DNA from: Alphaproteobacteria bacterium
GTDB lineage: Bacteria > Pseudomonadota > Alphaproteobacteria > JAQWUY01
NCBI GenBank assembly: GCA_965276005.1
Contig: OZ254962.1
Location: 2,564,455-2,628,454, forward strand
Direction: 5' to 3'
Length of the DNA: 64,000 nt
Below, in pieces: positions 10,040 to 19,976 of the stretch. Below the pieces are notes generated by a model. It worked only from the letters and a program-made list of their open reading frames with translations, did no database searches and was not told the DNA's origin. Made by a program: the position numbers and the translations under genes. Position 1 is the stretch's first letter. Every line of letters begins with the position of its first letter.

Positions 10040-10789
10040 ATGACATTATTAGACATTAAAAACCTGCACGCCGAAGTTGCCGAAGGCGGGCGTAAGATTT
10101 TGAACGGTTTAAATTTAACCATTAAAACCGGGGAAATTCACGCTATTATGGGACCCAATGGGACGGGGAAATCCACTTTGTCAAAAATCTTGGCGGGGTC
10201 TGATGAGTACGAAGTTAGTGAAGGCAGTATAGTATACAACGGGCAGGATTTATTGGAAATGGAGGCAGACGAACGGGCAAACGAAGGGGTGTTCTTAGCG
10301 TTTCAGTACCCTGTGGAAATACCGGGCATTGCCACTTCGACATTTTTACGCCATGCGTTTAACGCCAAACGCCGTCACCAACAGCTGGACGAATACGACA
10401 ATTTGCATTTTATCAAATTGCTCCGCAGTAAAGCCAAACAATTGGCAATCAGCGATGATATGTTAAAGCGATCGGTCAATGTGGGTTTTTCCGGCGGTGA
10501 AAAAAAGCGTATGGAAACTTTGCAAATGGCGGTGTTAAACCCACTGTTGGGGATTTTAGACGAAACCGATTCTGGTCTCGACATCGATGCGTTGCGGGTA
10601 GTGGCTGAGGGCGTTAATCACATTCACACCGCCGATAATGCCGTGCTTATTATCACCCACTATCAACGGTTGTTAGAATATATTAAACCGAACTTTGTAC
10701 ATATTATGGTCGATGGCAAAATTGCCGTCACTGGCGATTATAACTTGGCGGTTGAACTGGAACAAAAAGGCTATCAAGCATTTGCATAA
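10040..10789 (+). CDS. sufC: Fe-S cluster assembly ATPase SufC
   Basis: Walker A GPNGTGKST, ABC signature FSGGEKKR, 249 aa. Confidence 0.95.
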   Translation: MTLLDIKNLHAEVAEGGRKILNGLNLTIKTGEIHAIMGPNGTGKSTLSKILAGSDEYEVSEGSIVYNGQDLLEMEADERANEGVFLAFQYPVEIPGIATSTFLRHAFNAKRRHQQLDEYDNLHFIKLLRSKAKQLAISDDMLKRSVNVGFSGGEKKRMETLQMAVLNPLLGILDETDSGLDIDALRVVAEGVNHIHTADNAVLIITHYQRLLEYIKPNFVHIMVDGKIAVTGDYNLAVELEQKGYQAFA

Positions 10790-10800
10790 GGGGGCAGAAT

Positions 10801-11991
10801 ATGACATCATTTTTACATAATGTGCCTGTAAATGCCCATGTAAACGCATATCGAGTGTTTGAAAAATTAGGCGTTCCCACCAAAAAGGTGGAAAATTGGC
10901 ACTATACGGATTTAAAAAAATCCCTAACGGGAAAATCGTACACCACTGAAGCGGTAGCCAATACGGACATGCTACCAGCCCCATATCTGATAGACAACAC
11001 ACACCATATTGTTATTGCTAATGGGGTGGTGGGGGATGTGCCTAGCGGTGTTACGGTGACGGTGGGACGGCATATCGATAGCAACAGCGATACCCACACC
11101 CAAGATACACATGCTATGGTGGCGTTAAACACCGCCCATTATACACAGGGCGTGGTGATTACCATTGGCGAACAGGTAAAAGCCCCCGTGCATTTGGCAT
11201 ATGTACAGGGCGGTGATGGCGTGGTGGTATTCCCTCGGGTACAGGTATTGGTAAAATCGGGGGTAACCGCTACACTTATTGAGTCGTTTCAAATGCGGTC
11301 GGGCGATGTGTTGACCAATGCGGTAAGCGAAATCACGGTCGAACAAGGGGCGGTGTTGTCCCATTATAAATTGCAAGACGATACGGACAGCAGCCGCCAT
11401 GTGGCTTTTACCCGTGCCCATGTGGCGGCAGACGGGGTATACAAGTATATATGCGTGTGCTTAAACACTGTACTATCGCGCAACGAAGTATATGTGGACT
11501 TAAATGGCACGCAGGCAAGTACCGATATTCGGGGTATTTATATCAGTGATACGACACAACAAGTCGACAACACTGTATTTGTTCGCCACATGGCGGCAGA
11601 CTGCGAGTCGAGCCAGCTGTTTAAGGGTATCTTAAACGATTCTGCACAAGGGATATTTCAAGGGAAAATCTATGTCGACAGAGAAGCACAATTGACCGAT
11701 GGCTATCAAATGCACCGAGCTATTTTGCTGTCCCGAGATGCGGAAGTGGACTGTAAGCCCGAATTGGAAATTTATGCGGACGATGTCAAGTGTTCGCACG
11801 GGGCGTCGACCGGTGAAATCGATGCGGAACAGCTGTTTTATCTGCAATCCCGGGGCATCGACACCACCACCGCAAGGCAATTGCTACTGGAGGCGTTTTT
11901 GCTAGAAGTGCTGGAAGATACCGATACTGAATCGGTGTATAATTTCTTGCGGGATATGACCCTAAATCGGGTCAAGCAGGTTTTAACATAA
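10801..11991 (+). CDS. sufD: Fe-S cluster assembly protein SufD
   Basis: 396 aa, position between sufC and sufS, C-terminal SufBD fold sequence. Confidence 0.88.
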   Translation: MTSFLHNVPVNAHVNAYRVFEKLGVPTKKVENWHYTDLKKSLTGKSYTTEAVANTDMLPAPYLIDNTHHIVIANGVVGDVPSGVTVTVGRHIDSNSDTHTQDTHAMVALNTAHYTQGVVITIGEQVKAPVHLAYVQGGDGVVVFPRVQVLVKSGVTATLIESFQMRSGDVLTNAVSEITVEQGAVLSHYKLQDDTDSSRHVAFTRAHVAADGVYKYICVCLNTVLSRNEVYVDLNGTQASTDIRGIYISDTTQQVDNTVFVRHMAADCESSQLFKGILNDSAQGIFQGKIYVDREAQLTDGYQMHRAILLSRDAEVDCKPELEIYADDVKCSHGASTGEIDAEQLFYLQSRGIDTTTARQLLLEAFLLEVLEDTDTESVYNFLRDMTLNRVKQVLT

Positions 11992-12017
11992 TCGATTAAG
12001 GGGGAAGCGTACTCTAT

Positions 12018-13229
12018 ATGGACTATAAAAGCGATTTTCCTGTGCTAGCGGAGTCGAATATCTGTTTTTTAGACAGCGGTGCCTCCGCCCAAAAACCGCA
12101 GTGTGTGCTGGATACGCAACACTATTTTACCGCTAAGGTGTATGCCAATGTGCATCGTGGCACCTATGATATGTCTCAGCAAATAACCACCGCATACGAA
12201 AATACTCGTGCCACTGTTGCCAGTTTCATTCATGGGCGGGAAGAGGAAATTGTCTTTACCAAATCTGTTACCGAATCGTTAAACTTGCTGGCGTACAGTT
12301 TGGGGCGGATACTGCCCGATGGGGCGGAAATTGTCATATCGGCAATGGAACACCACGCCAATATTGTGCCGTGGTATTTGCTGATGGATCGGCACAATGT
12401 GACGGTAAAAGTATGCCCTATACTGCCCAATGGCACATTGGATATGTCCGCATTGCAAAACTTGGTACATGCAAATACAGCGTTGGTGGCGGTGACCCAT
12501 ACTTCGAATGTGCTTGGGTCTGTTGTCGATGTGGCGGCGGTGGTGAAAATTGCCAAAGCCCATGCGGCGTTGGTACTGGTAGACGGGTCGCAAATGGTGA
12601 TGCACCGCCCCGTCGATGTGCAGGCACTAGGGGTGGATTTTTATGCGTTTACTGGGCATAAAGTGTTTGCCCCCAATGGGGTGGGGGTGCTGTGGGGCAA
12701 GTATGATATATTGGACACTATGCCGCCGTTTTTAGGCGGTGGCGATATGATCGATACGGTATCCTTTGACGGGATTACCTATGCCAAACCGCCGATAAAA
12801 TTCGAAGCCGGCACCCCGCCAATTGTGCCGGTGATTTGCTTGGGCACTGCCATAAAATACATTCAGGGTATTGGACTGGATACCATTTACACCTATGAAC
12901 AGCAATTGAGTAGGTATTTGTATACACAGCTATCGACCATTGCAGACATACGCATTTTGGGGTTTGATACAGCCACTCTCGACGATGGTACTTTTGACAA
13001 AGCCCCGATTGCTTCGTTTGTGATAAATGGCGTGCATGCGTTTGACATTGCCGATATTTTAAACAATTATGGGGTGTGTGTACGGGTGGGGCATCACTGT
13101 GCCCAGCCGTTGATGCAGCACTTTGGCATCACCAGCAGTATTCGAGTATCGATGGCGTTTTACAACGACACAGACGATGTCGATACCTTTATCACCGCCC
13201 TTAAAAAAGCCTTGCAGATGTTACGATGA
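12018..13229 (+). CDS. sufS: Cysteine desulfurase SufS (class II aminotransferase)
   Basis: HHANIVPW, FTGHKVFAPNGVGVLWGK (PLP Lys), RVGHHCAQP active-site Cys loop. Confidence 0.92.
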   Translation: MDYKSDFPVLAESNICFLDSGASAQKPQCVLDTQHYFTAKVYANVHRGTYDMSQQITTAYENTRATVASFIHGREEEIVFTKSVTESLNLLAYSLGRILPDGAEIVISAMEHHANIVPWYLLMDRHNVTVKVCPILPNGTLDMSALQNLVHANTALVAVTHTSNVLGSVVDVAAVVKIAKAHAALVLVDGSQMVMHRPVDVQALGVDFYAFTGHKVFAPNGVGVLWGKYDILDTMPPFLGGGDMIDTVSFDGITYAKPPIKFEAGTPPIVPVICLGTAIKYIQGIGLDTIYTYEQQLSRYLYTQLSTIADIRILGFDTATLDDGTFDKAPIASFVINGVHAFDIADILNNYGVCVRVGHHCAQPLMQHFGITSSIRVSMAFYNDTDDVDTFITALKKALQMLR

Positions 13230-13645
13230 CCCGTTTTCTCGACCCCGAAAAGATTGCCAACGAACCGGATTTTTTTAATGCTAAAGCCCGTGCCGAAGGT
13301 GCCGTAACCCGTGCCGGTACCGCCCTCGACACGGATACTCAAGCGGACGCACAGCAGGTCATCGCCGCCTTGCAAACGGTGGAAGATCCGGAAATTCCTA
13401 TTAACCTGTATGATTTGGGGTTGATTTATGATATTCAATATGCTCCGTATGGGGCGGTGCATATTGTGATGACTTTGACCGCCCCCAATTGCCCAGTAGC
13501 GGGGGAGCTGCCCAAGTGGGTTGCCGATGCGGTTGTCAAAATGCCATCGGTAGGGGTGTGTTCTGTCACCTTAACTTGGACGCCGAAATGGACAAAGGAT
13601 ATGATGTCAGAAGACGCCCAGCTGGCTTTGATTGATATTTTTTAA
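13226..13645 (+). CDS. sufT: SUF-system DUF59/SufT-like Fe-S assembly protein
   Basis: 139 aa, EDPEIPINLYDLGLIYDI...LTAPNCP motif of DUF59; 4-bp overlap with sufS. Confidence 0.8.
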   Translation: MTRFLDPEKIANEPDFFNAKARAEGAVTRAGTALDTDTQADAQQVIAALQTVEDPEIPINLYDLGLIYDIQYAPYGAVHIVMTLTAPNCPVAGELPKWVADAVVKMPSVGVCSVTLTWTPKWTKDMMSEDAQLALIDIF

Positions 13646-13665
13646 TATTGTGGTATACTGTGCAT

Positions 13666-14007
13666 ATGGTGACGAAACTACAAGTTATTCAAATCAGCGA
13701 TGCGGCACAAAATCGCATCGGCGAGATTATGCACATTGCCCCCAAAGGGACAGTGGGGTTGCGGGTGTCCGTGTCGCAAGGGGGCTGTTCGGGGTATAAA
13801 TATGACATCGATTTTGCCGACAGCATTAAACCGTTGGAAGAAGTGGTCGATTGTAAACAAGGCAAGGTCATTATCGCCCCTGATGCCATGTTGTTTTTAA
13901 TCGGATCGACTATGGAATACAACGAAAGCACATTTAGCAGCGGTTTTGATTTTATCAATCCCAATGAAAAAGGTCGCTGTGGATGCGGGGAAAGCTTTTT
14001 GGTATGA
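13666..14007 (+). CDS. sufA: A-type Fe-S carrier (SufA/IscA, HesB family)
   Basis: GCSGYKY...C-terminal NPNEKGRCGCGESF Cys motif. The ATG at 13666 is preferred over the TTG at 13648. Confidence 0.85.
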   Translation: MVTKLQVIQISDAAQNRIGEIMHIAPKGTVGLRVSVSQGGCSGYKYDIDFADSIKPLEEVVDCKQGKVIIAPDAMLFLIGSTMEYNESTFSSGFDFINPNEKGRCGCGESFLV

Positions 14008-14465
14008 GTACGGAAAATCGCAATTTATGTATTGGCTTTATGGCATTGGTGCTGGTCATTGGCGGTATATTTTTTGCGGTTGCGGGGCAAAAATCAGAGG
14101 CGGCTAGGCATACATACCATGCTGTTTTTCGCACCGTCGAGGGGGTAAAAATCGGTGCTCCCGTATATGTATTTGGCATTCAAGTGGGCAAAGTATCGCA
14201 TATGCAGTTGTCCGATGGACAGGTAAAGGTTAGCGTAACCGTTGATGCTACGGTGCCAATCCCCATCGATTCCAGCCTTGAAGTACAAACCGCCGGTTTA
14301 TTTGCGGAAAAGAGTATGACTGTACTGTTGGGCTTCGAAGAAGATATATTACAGGATAAAAACGATTTTATGTATGCGGGCAATGCGGTAGATGTGATGG
14401 GGTTATTAAACCAACAACTGGACATAAATATGGAAAAAAGAAAGGCTGAAAGCAATGGGTCGTAA
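14004..14465 (+). CDS. MlaD/Mce-domain protein (outer-membrane lipid asymmetry), paralog 1
   Basis: N-terminal TM helix then Mce-domain pattern (RHTYHAVFRTVEGVKIGAPVYVFGIQVGKV...). ATGA overlap with the sufA stop. Confidence 0.65.
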   Translation: MSTENRNLCIGFMALVLVIGGIFFAVAGQKSEAARHTYHAVFRTVEGVKIGAPVYVFGIQVGKVSHMQLSDGQVKVSVTVDATVPIPIDSSLEVQTAGLFAEKSMTVLLGFEEDILQDKNDFMYAGNAVDVMGLLNQQLDINMEKRKAESNGS

Positions 14466-14901
14466 TATACTTGAAACGGTTTTGGGCATGCTGGTTGTTG
14501 TCGGTGCCATCGGTTTTGTGGTGTTTGGCATGCGTTATGTGGATGCGGATACGGGCAGCGATACATACACCGCATATGCCTATTTTAACAATGTGGGCGG
14601 ATTAAAATCTGGGGCAGGCGTGCGGGTCAGCGGCGTACTGGTCGGGCAGGTCGAGCATGTGCGGATTAACATGGACGCATTCAAGGCAGAAGTTAAAATG
14701 CAAATTTCTGATAATATTGTCTTGCCTAAGGATACTTTGGTATCGATTGCCGATTCCAGTTTGTTGGGGGGCAAGTATATTACTTTGCGTATGGGGACTT
14801 CTGCGGAATTGGTGCAGAACGGCGGGCGGCTTGACAATATCGCCGATGTGGTGTCGTTGGAACAGATGTTGGGCAAGTTAATATTCTTGGGCACACAATA
14901 A
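14455..14901 (+). CDS. MlaD/Mce-domain protein, paralog 2
   Basis: TM helix + YTAYAYFNNVGGLKSGAGVRVSGVLVGQVEHV Mce motif; 148 aa. Confidence 0.7.
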   Translation: MGRNILETVLGMLVVVGAIGFVVFGMRYVDADTGSDTYTAYAYFNNVGGLKSGAGVRVSGVLVGQVEHVRINMDAFKAEVKMQISDNIVLPKDTLVSIADSSLLGGKYITLRMGTSAELVQNGGRLDNIADVVSLEQMLGKLIFLGTQ

Positions 14902-14908
14902 GCAATAT

Positions 14909-15256
14909 ATGATGGGTCGCATACACATATTTTTGCCGCTATTAGGGGTATTGTTTGTGGCGGGGGCATACGCCACACCCCGACAGTACGCAGAATTGAT
15001 CGTATTAAACAAAGTGTCCGCCCAATCAGAACTCCGCAAAGTGCCTGTGGGCGAAGCGGTGTTGGTGGGTTCGTTTTCGTTACTGGTCAAAGTATGCGAC
15101 AAAGCTCCCCCAGAAGATCCCCCCGAATCAGGGGCGTATCTGGACATAGTACAGAAAGGCGAAAAAATATTCGAAGGCTGGATGTTCGCCTCAGATCCCG
15201 CCCTAAACAGTATGGAACACCCCGTATATGACATTTGGCTACAACGGTGTTTGTAA
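14909..15256 (+). CDS. Secreted DUF2155-like protein (alphaproteobacterial, usually next to mlaD)
   Basis: Signal peptide LPLLGVLFVAGAYA, 115 aa. The family assignment is from memory of the DUF2155 pattern. Confidence 0.5.
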   Translation: MMGRIHIFLPLLGVLFVAGAYATPRQYAELIVLNKVSAQSELRKVPVGEAVLVGSFSLLVKVCDKAPPEDPPESGAYLDIVQKGEKIFEGWMFASDPALNSMEHPVYDIWLQRCL

Positions 15257-15364
15257 ACCCTGCCCAACCTGTGCCATAAACAACCCGTGTAATATCACAT
15301 ATGTTATAAAAGCACTTGAAATATAGTCTTGTCATGTGGTATGTTCGGTGTCGAGGGTAAGACA

Positions 15365-15781
15365 ATGGCTACTGATAACAAAACCATATTAGAAAAAGTG
15401 AAAATGCGTGTTCAGCGTAGCCCTGATTCTGTCTTTTTACGGCGGGAATTTAATGATTTGGGTGGTAGTACGCAAGTCGGACTTGCTTTAAAAAAATTGG
15501 TTGAAAACGAGACTTTAATTCGTGTCGGATATGGTATTTATGTGCGAACTTATGTTTCGAAGTATACTGATAAAAGATTGCCAGAAAAATCTCTGCCCGA
15601 AGTTGCTAAAACAGTTTTGGCAAAATTAGGGTATGAAGTGGGAATGACGAAAGCTGAGTTAGATTATAATAACCGCTTGTCTACTCAGGTACCAACGGGG
15701 CGAGTAATTGCTGTAAAAGGTCGGTTTTCACGAAATTTACAGTATAATGGATATTCTATACACTATGAAAAATGTCCTTAA
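15365..15781 (+). CDS. AbiEi/DUF6088-like antitoxin-type transcriptional regulator
   Basis: GAGGG RBS 5 nt upstream of the ATG at 15365; SVFLRREFNDLGGSTQVGLALKKLVENETLIRVGYGIYVR matches the AbiEi N-terminal wHTH pattern; overlaps the following NTase fragment. Confidence 0.5.
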   Translation: MATDNKTILEKVKMRVQRSPDSVFLRREFNDLGGSTQVGLALKKLVENETLIRVGYGIYVRTYVSKYTDKRLPEKSLPEVAKTVLAKLGYEVGMTKAELDYNNRLSTQVPTGRVIAVKGRFSRNLQYNGYSIHYEKCP

Positions 15782-16007
15782 TGATGACTTAATCCAAGCA
15801 ATTAAATTAGAATTAAGTATCGAACCTGCTTTTATCGAAAAGGATTGGTACATGGTACAAGTATTAGATGCCATATCTAAATTGGATTTTCGTATTCCCG
15901 AATTGTCCCATGTGGATGTAAAATTGGTTTTTGGCGGGAGTACGAACCTGTCTAAGGCACATAAAGTTATCAATAGATTTTCTGAGGATATGGGGCATTT
16001 GGTGTAA
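15765..16007 (+). pseudogene. 5' fragment of an AbiEii/AbiGii-family nucleotidyltransferase toxin (DUF1814), truncated before the catalytic SEDIDL motif
   Basis: IEKDWYMVQVL...VKLVFGGSTNLSKAHKVINRFSEDMGHLV-stop. The family is normally ~290 aa with GGTSLSKay.lIeRFSEDIDL. Here the ORF ends 40 bp before hsdS. Confidence 0.55.
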
Positions 16008-16046
16008 CAAAGCGACACGGTTTACGAAATAAAACGGACAATAAAA

Positions 16047-17159
16047 ATGGCACGAAATCCTAAAATGCGCTTTAAACGCCCCGATGGTACTGACTATCCT
16101 GATTGGCAAGTTATGCGGTTGGGGGATATTACTTCGATAAAAACAGGTAATTCGAATAGAGAAGATTCCACAGAAACAGGACAGTACCACTTTTTCGATC
16201 GTTCTACTGATATTAGAGCAAGCTCTAAATATCTTTTTGATACACAAGCCATTATCGTAGGTGGAGAAGGTAAAGATTTTATCCCAAAATATTTTGTGGG
16301 AAAATTTGATTTACACCAAAGGGCATACGCCATCACAGACTTTAAACAAAATGATGGTAAGTTTATATATTATTACATTTATCATAACAGACGGCACTTT
16401 TTAAAAATGTCTGTGGGTAGTACAATGCCTTCTTTACGAATGAACGCATTTACAACATTTCCTATAAACCTACCCCACCCAGACGAACAAAACCGTATCG
16501 CAGAATTTTTTTCTAATCTGGACGCTGTGATAATCGCTTATACGCAAAAAGTCGAATATTTGAAAAAATACAAAAAATACTTCATGCAAAACCTTTTCCC
16601 CCAAACAAGCGAAACTACTCCAAAAATCCGCTTTAGACGCTCCGATAGTACCGATTATCCCGATTGGCAGGTTGTGCGGTTGGGGGATATTTGTTTAAAA
16701 GGCAGTTCCAATTTAACGATGAAAGATGTACATCGTGATGCCCAATATTATGTTTACGGTGCAAGTGGTATATGTGGCAAAACAAAGGACTTTATTTCCA
16801 ACGAAAAATATATTGCTATAGTCAAAGACGGGGCTGTAGGCAAATTGTATTTGTGTGAGAAAAATACGCATATTTTGGCGACTTTACAGAAAATAACACA
16901 CAAAGAAAATCATAATCTTTTATATATTTACTATGTGATGCAAACAATAAACTTTGATAAATATGTTACAGGAAGTGCAATTCCACATATTTATTATAAG
17001 GATTATAGCAAGGAAAAAATATACCTACCCCACCCTGACGAACAACAAAAGATAGTGGCGTTTTTTTCTAATCTGGACGATGTGATAACCGCCTATACAC
17101 AAAAAGTCGAATACTTGAAACAATATAAAAAATCGCTTATGCAAAATATGTTTATTTGA
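16047..17159 (+). CDS. hsdS: Type I restriction-modification specificity subunit HsdS (two TRDs), orphan in this window
   Basis: Internally duplicated: RFKRPDGTDYPDWQVMRLGDI / RFRRSDSTDYPDWQVVRLGDI TRD starts, and LPHPDEQNRIAEFFSNLDAVIIAYTQKVEYLKKYKKYFMQNLF / LPHPDEQQKIVAFFSNLDDVITAYTQKVEYLKQYKKSLMQNMF conserved regions. AT-rich relative to its neighbours. Confidence 0.8.
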   Translation: MARNPKMRFKRPDGTDYPDWQVMRLGDITSIKTGNSNREDSTETGQYHFFDRSTDIRASSKYLFDTQAIIVGGEGKDFIPKYFVGKFDLHQRAYAITDFKQNDGKFIYYYIYHNRRHFLKMSVGSTMPSLRMNAFTTFPINLPHPDEQNRIAEFFSNLDAVIIAYTQKVEYLKKYKKYFMQNLFPQTSETTPKIRFRRSDSTDYPDWQVVRLGDICLKGSSNLTMKDVHRDAQYYVYGASGICGKTKDFISNEKYIAIVKDGAVGKLYLCEKNTHILATLQKITHKENHNLLYIYYVMQTINFDKYVTGSAIPHIYYKDYSKEKIYLPHPDEQQKIVAFFSNLDDVITAYTQKVEYLKQYKKSLMQNMFI

Positions 17160-17256
17160 GATTAACTATTACAAACAAGACGGTAACAAAAATACCGACC
17201 CATACCAACAAAAAACCTTGCTTAAAAAATATTGGGGCGGGTATAAAAAATATGTT

Positions 17257-17823
17257 TTATGGCACCAGTGCTTTTATGATGTTGGGATTGTGCATGGCTG
17301 CCCCGCATATGGCGACTCCGTGTGCTCCGTGTGCTAAGGCGATGGGGGCGGTGTCTGCGGTTATGCCGCCTAAGGCAAATACGGGCACAGGGGCGTCTGT
17401 ACAGATTTTTGCGAAGCTGTCGATACCCATGCCGGCGTATCCGCTTTTGGATATGCTGTCGAATACCGGACTCAAGGTGATATAATCGCATTCTCGAAGG
17501 TTGACAATGTCTTGTGCGGTGTGGGTGCTGATCCCTATTGGGTAGATGGGGGCTGTTAGGTGCGGGGTGTATGTGTGTATGTTGACATGGCAGCCGATGC
17601 CAAACCGTTCGGCAATATCCGCTTTGCCCCATATGGATACCCTTGCCCCCAATGGTTCCGCATAGGCAACAATATCTTCGGTAAGGCGGATTAAGGCGGT
17701 ATCACACATATGATATTCTCGAATCCCCACCCAAGGGGTGCCGCTGTCTAGGCACTGTTTTAGGGTGCGTGCGATGTTGTCGGTCAGGGTCGAGTCGGAT
17801 ATGACATATACGGATGCTAACAT
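17257..17823 (-). CDS. thiE: Thiamine-phosphate synthase ThiE
   Basis: IGISTHTAQD...DYITLSPVFDSISK...FALGGI motifs. Confidence 0.8.
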   Translation of the reverse strand: MLASVYVISDSTLTDNIARTLKQCLDSGTPWVGIREYHMCDTALIRLTEDIVAYAEPLGARVSIWGKADIAERFGIGCHVNIHTYTPHLTAPIYPIGISTHTAQDIVNLRECDYITLSPVFDSISKSGYAGMGIDSFAKICTDAPVPVFALGGITADTAPIALAHGAHGVAICGAAMHNPNIIKALVP

Positions 17824-18596
17824 TATCCCCCAATTAACCCCATTTGTGGGCTAGACGCTTCGGCGTGGTATTTTTTTGCCATGCGTCCGCTGTTGTATGC
17901 TTGCCGCCCGGCGATAACCGCATGTTTAAACGCTGATGCCATCGTCACCGGGTCTTCGGCTTTCGATATGGCGGTGTTCAGCAGTACCGCACTGCACCCC
18001 AATTCCATTGCCTGTGTGGCGTCCGATGCGGTACCGATGCCCGCATCTAGAATCACCGGCACCTGTACACTGTTACAAATCAGTTCTATAGTGTACGGGT
18101 TGCAAATCCCCAATCCCGTACCAATCGGGGCACCAAGCGGCATCACCGCTTTACAGCCTACGCCCTCCAGTTTTTGGCAAATCACCGGATCGTCCGTACA
18201 GTACGGCAACACGCAAAACCCCTTTTTAACCAATATATCCGCCGTGTCGACCAAGTTCTCTACATCCGGATATAAGGTCTGGCGATTGCCGATGAGCTCT
18301 AATTTAATCCATGTGGTATCCAGACTTTCCCGAGCAAGTTCGGCGGTTAAAATAGCGTCCTGAGCGGTTTCACAGCCGGCGGTGTTGGGCAAAATGATTT
18401 TGTCTTGTAATACGGCAAGTGGGCTGTGTTGGTATGTTTCTAGGGATACCCGCCGAATCGATACGGTCACCATCTCCGCCCCCGATGCGGCAATGGCATC
18501 GATCATTGTTTGCTGATTCGGATACAAAGCGGTACCGACCAACAATCGGCTACTCAGCTGCATATCGCCTAATATAAAGGGGTCTTGGGCTGTCAT
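17823..18596 (-). CDS. thiG: Thiazole synthase ThiG (start trimmed to MTAQDPFILGDMQLSSRLLVGTALY)
   Basis: TIM-barrel ThiG sequence. The ORF-track N-extension overlaps thiS and is unlikely to be real. Confidence 0.88.
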   Translation of the reverse strand: MTAQDPFILGDMQLSSRLLVGTALYPNQQTMIDAIAASGAEMVTVSIRRVSLETYQHSPLAVLQDKIILPNTAGCETAQDAILTAELARESLDTTWIKLELIGNRQTLYPDVENLVDTADILVKKGFCVLPYCTDDPVICQKLEGVGCKAVMPLGAPIGTGLGICNPYTIELICNSVQVPVILDAGIGTASDATQAMELGCSAVLLNTAISKAEDPVTMASAFKHAVIAGRQAYNSGRMAKKYHAEASSPQMGLIGG

Positions 18597-18603
18597 GGGA
18601 AGA

Positions 18604-18816
18604 TTATCCGCCTTGAAAGGGTTTGACCACTTCCACCCTATCACCGTTTTGTAGGCGGCTATCGCCCCAGTCGCTACGGGGAATAAGGATGTTATTTTGG
18701 GCAACCGCAATGCCTGTGGTGGTGGGGGAAATACCGTGTTGCCGCAACAAAGCGGCAATCGTTGTCGCTTCGGTGTAGATGGTATCGCCATTATATGAAA
18801 GAGTCGTGTGTGTCAT
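18604..18816 (-). CDS. thiS: Sulfur carrier protein ThiS (C-terminal GG)
   Basis: 70 aa, ends ...VVKPFQGG. Confidence 0.85.
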   Translation of the reverse strand: MTHTTLSYNGDTIYTEATTIAALLRQHGISPTTTGIAVAQNNILIPRSDWGDSRLQNGDRVEVVKPFQGG

Positions 18817-18836
18817 AGTCCTGTTTTCAAATTGCT

Positions 18837-19976
18837 TTATGGTGTAAATCGGGTTGGTAAAAACGCTGGCATCATTGGATGCACCACCCCATCACAGATA
18901 AGATCTGCCATAATTTTACCGGTGGCTGGTGCCAATAATATACCATTTCTGTGATGACCGCTAGCAATATATACATTATTTAGCGGGGTGTTACCTAATA
19001 TGGGGGCGTCGTCCCGGGCGGTGGGGCGGTGTCCAACCCAGATTTTATCGATTGTCAAATCTTCAATAGCCGGGCATATCCGCCATGCGGATTCGAGCAA
19101 TGCGTATATCCCGCCGGCGGTGTTGTCGTCATTAAAGCCTTGTTCTTCCACCGTTGCCCCAATCAGCAATGTGCCATCTAGTTTGGGGATTAAATAGGTT
19201 TTTGGTGCCCATACCACTGTGTTTATCAGCCGATGTGGCATTTTTAACGACAGCATTTGTCCTTTTAAGGGGCGAATGGGAACAGACATAATGGGGTTGA
19301 GAACAGCCGGTGTGTGTACCCCCGCACAGACCACAATCGAATCGCAACGGTGTGTTGTCCCGTCCGCTAATGCTACCCCGTGTGCACTGTCGTTGTTGTG
19401 TGCTATGGAGGCTACGGGGGTGTTCTCAAAAATATCCCCGCCCAATTTTTGTATGGCGGTGGCAAGGGCGGTGGTCAGGCGGACGCTGTGCACTTGGTAA
19501 TCGGTTTTACACCACATACCGCCCACTGTTTTTAGGTGCGGTTCCATTTTGTCGATGTCCCGTGCCGATAACATTTCTACTTCGACGCCGATTTTTGTTT
19601 GGTATTCGTATAAAAACCGCACGGTGTTTAAATCGTCTTGTGTGCTGGCAACCATCATGGTGCCATCGGTCTGATAGTCGATCGACACTCCAGAGAGGTG
19701 TTCGAGATCCCGGGCATATGTATCCCACAGCGATTGGGCGTACTGGGACAACTGCCAAAGATTGCGTTCGCTGGGTTCGTTTTCGATGCCGCCCGCCAGC
19801 ATCCCCCCAGATTTATCGGTTGCCCCGCTGCCGATGCTAGCGGATTCGAAAACAGTCGTGTGCACACCTCGTTGTTGTAACGCATATGCCACCGCCAGCC
19901 CACAAATACCGCCACCAATAATACATATATGGTGTTTGCTGTGTTGTTTCATGGCACCAGTATACAAAAAAAACAA
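18837..19976 (-). CDS. thiO: Glycine oxidase ThiO (FAD-dependent)
   Basis: ICIIGGGICGLAVAYAL Rossmann motif. TTG at 19976 or ATG at 19952 as start. Confidence 0.82.
   Translation of the reverse strand: MFFLYTGAMKQHSKHHICIIGGGICGLAVAYALQQRGVHTTVFESASIGSGATDKSGGMLAGGIENEPSERNLWQLSQYAQSLWDTYARDLEHLSGVSIDYQTDGTMMVASTQDDLNTVRFLYEYQTKIGVEVEMLSARDIDKMEPHLKTVGGMWCKTDYQVHSVRLTTALATAIQKLGGDIFENTPVASIAHNNDSAHGVALADGTTHRCDSIVVCAGVHTPAVLNPIMSVPIRPLKGQMLSLKMPHRLINTVVWAPKTYLIPKLDGTLLIGATVEEQGFNDDNTAGGIYALLESAWRICPAIEDLTIDKIWVGHRPTARDDAPILGNTPLNNVYIASGHHRNGILLAPATGKIMADLICDGVVHPMMPAFLPTRFTP

Noticed and set aside
17156-17485. ORF 17156..17485 (+), 109 aa
   Set aside because: It lies antisense within thiE and has no recognisable features.
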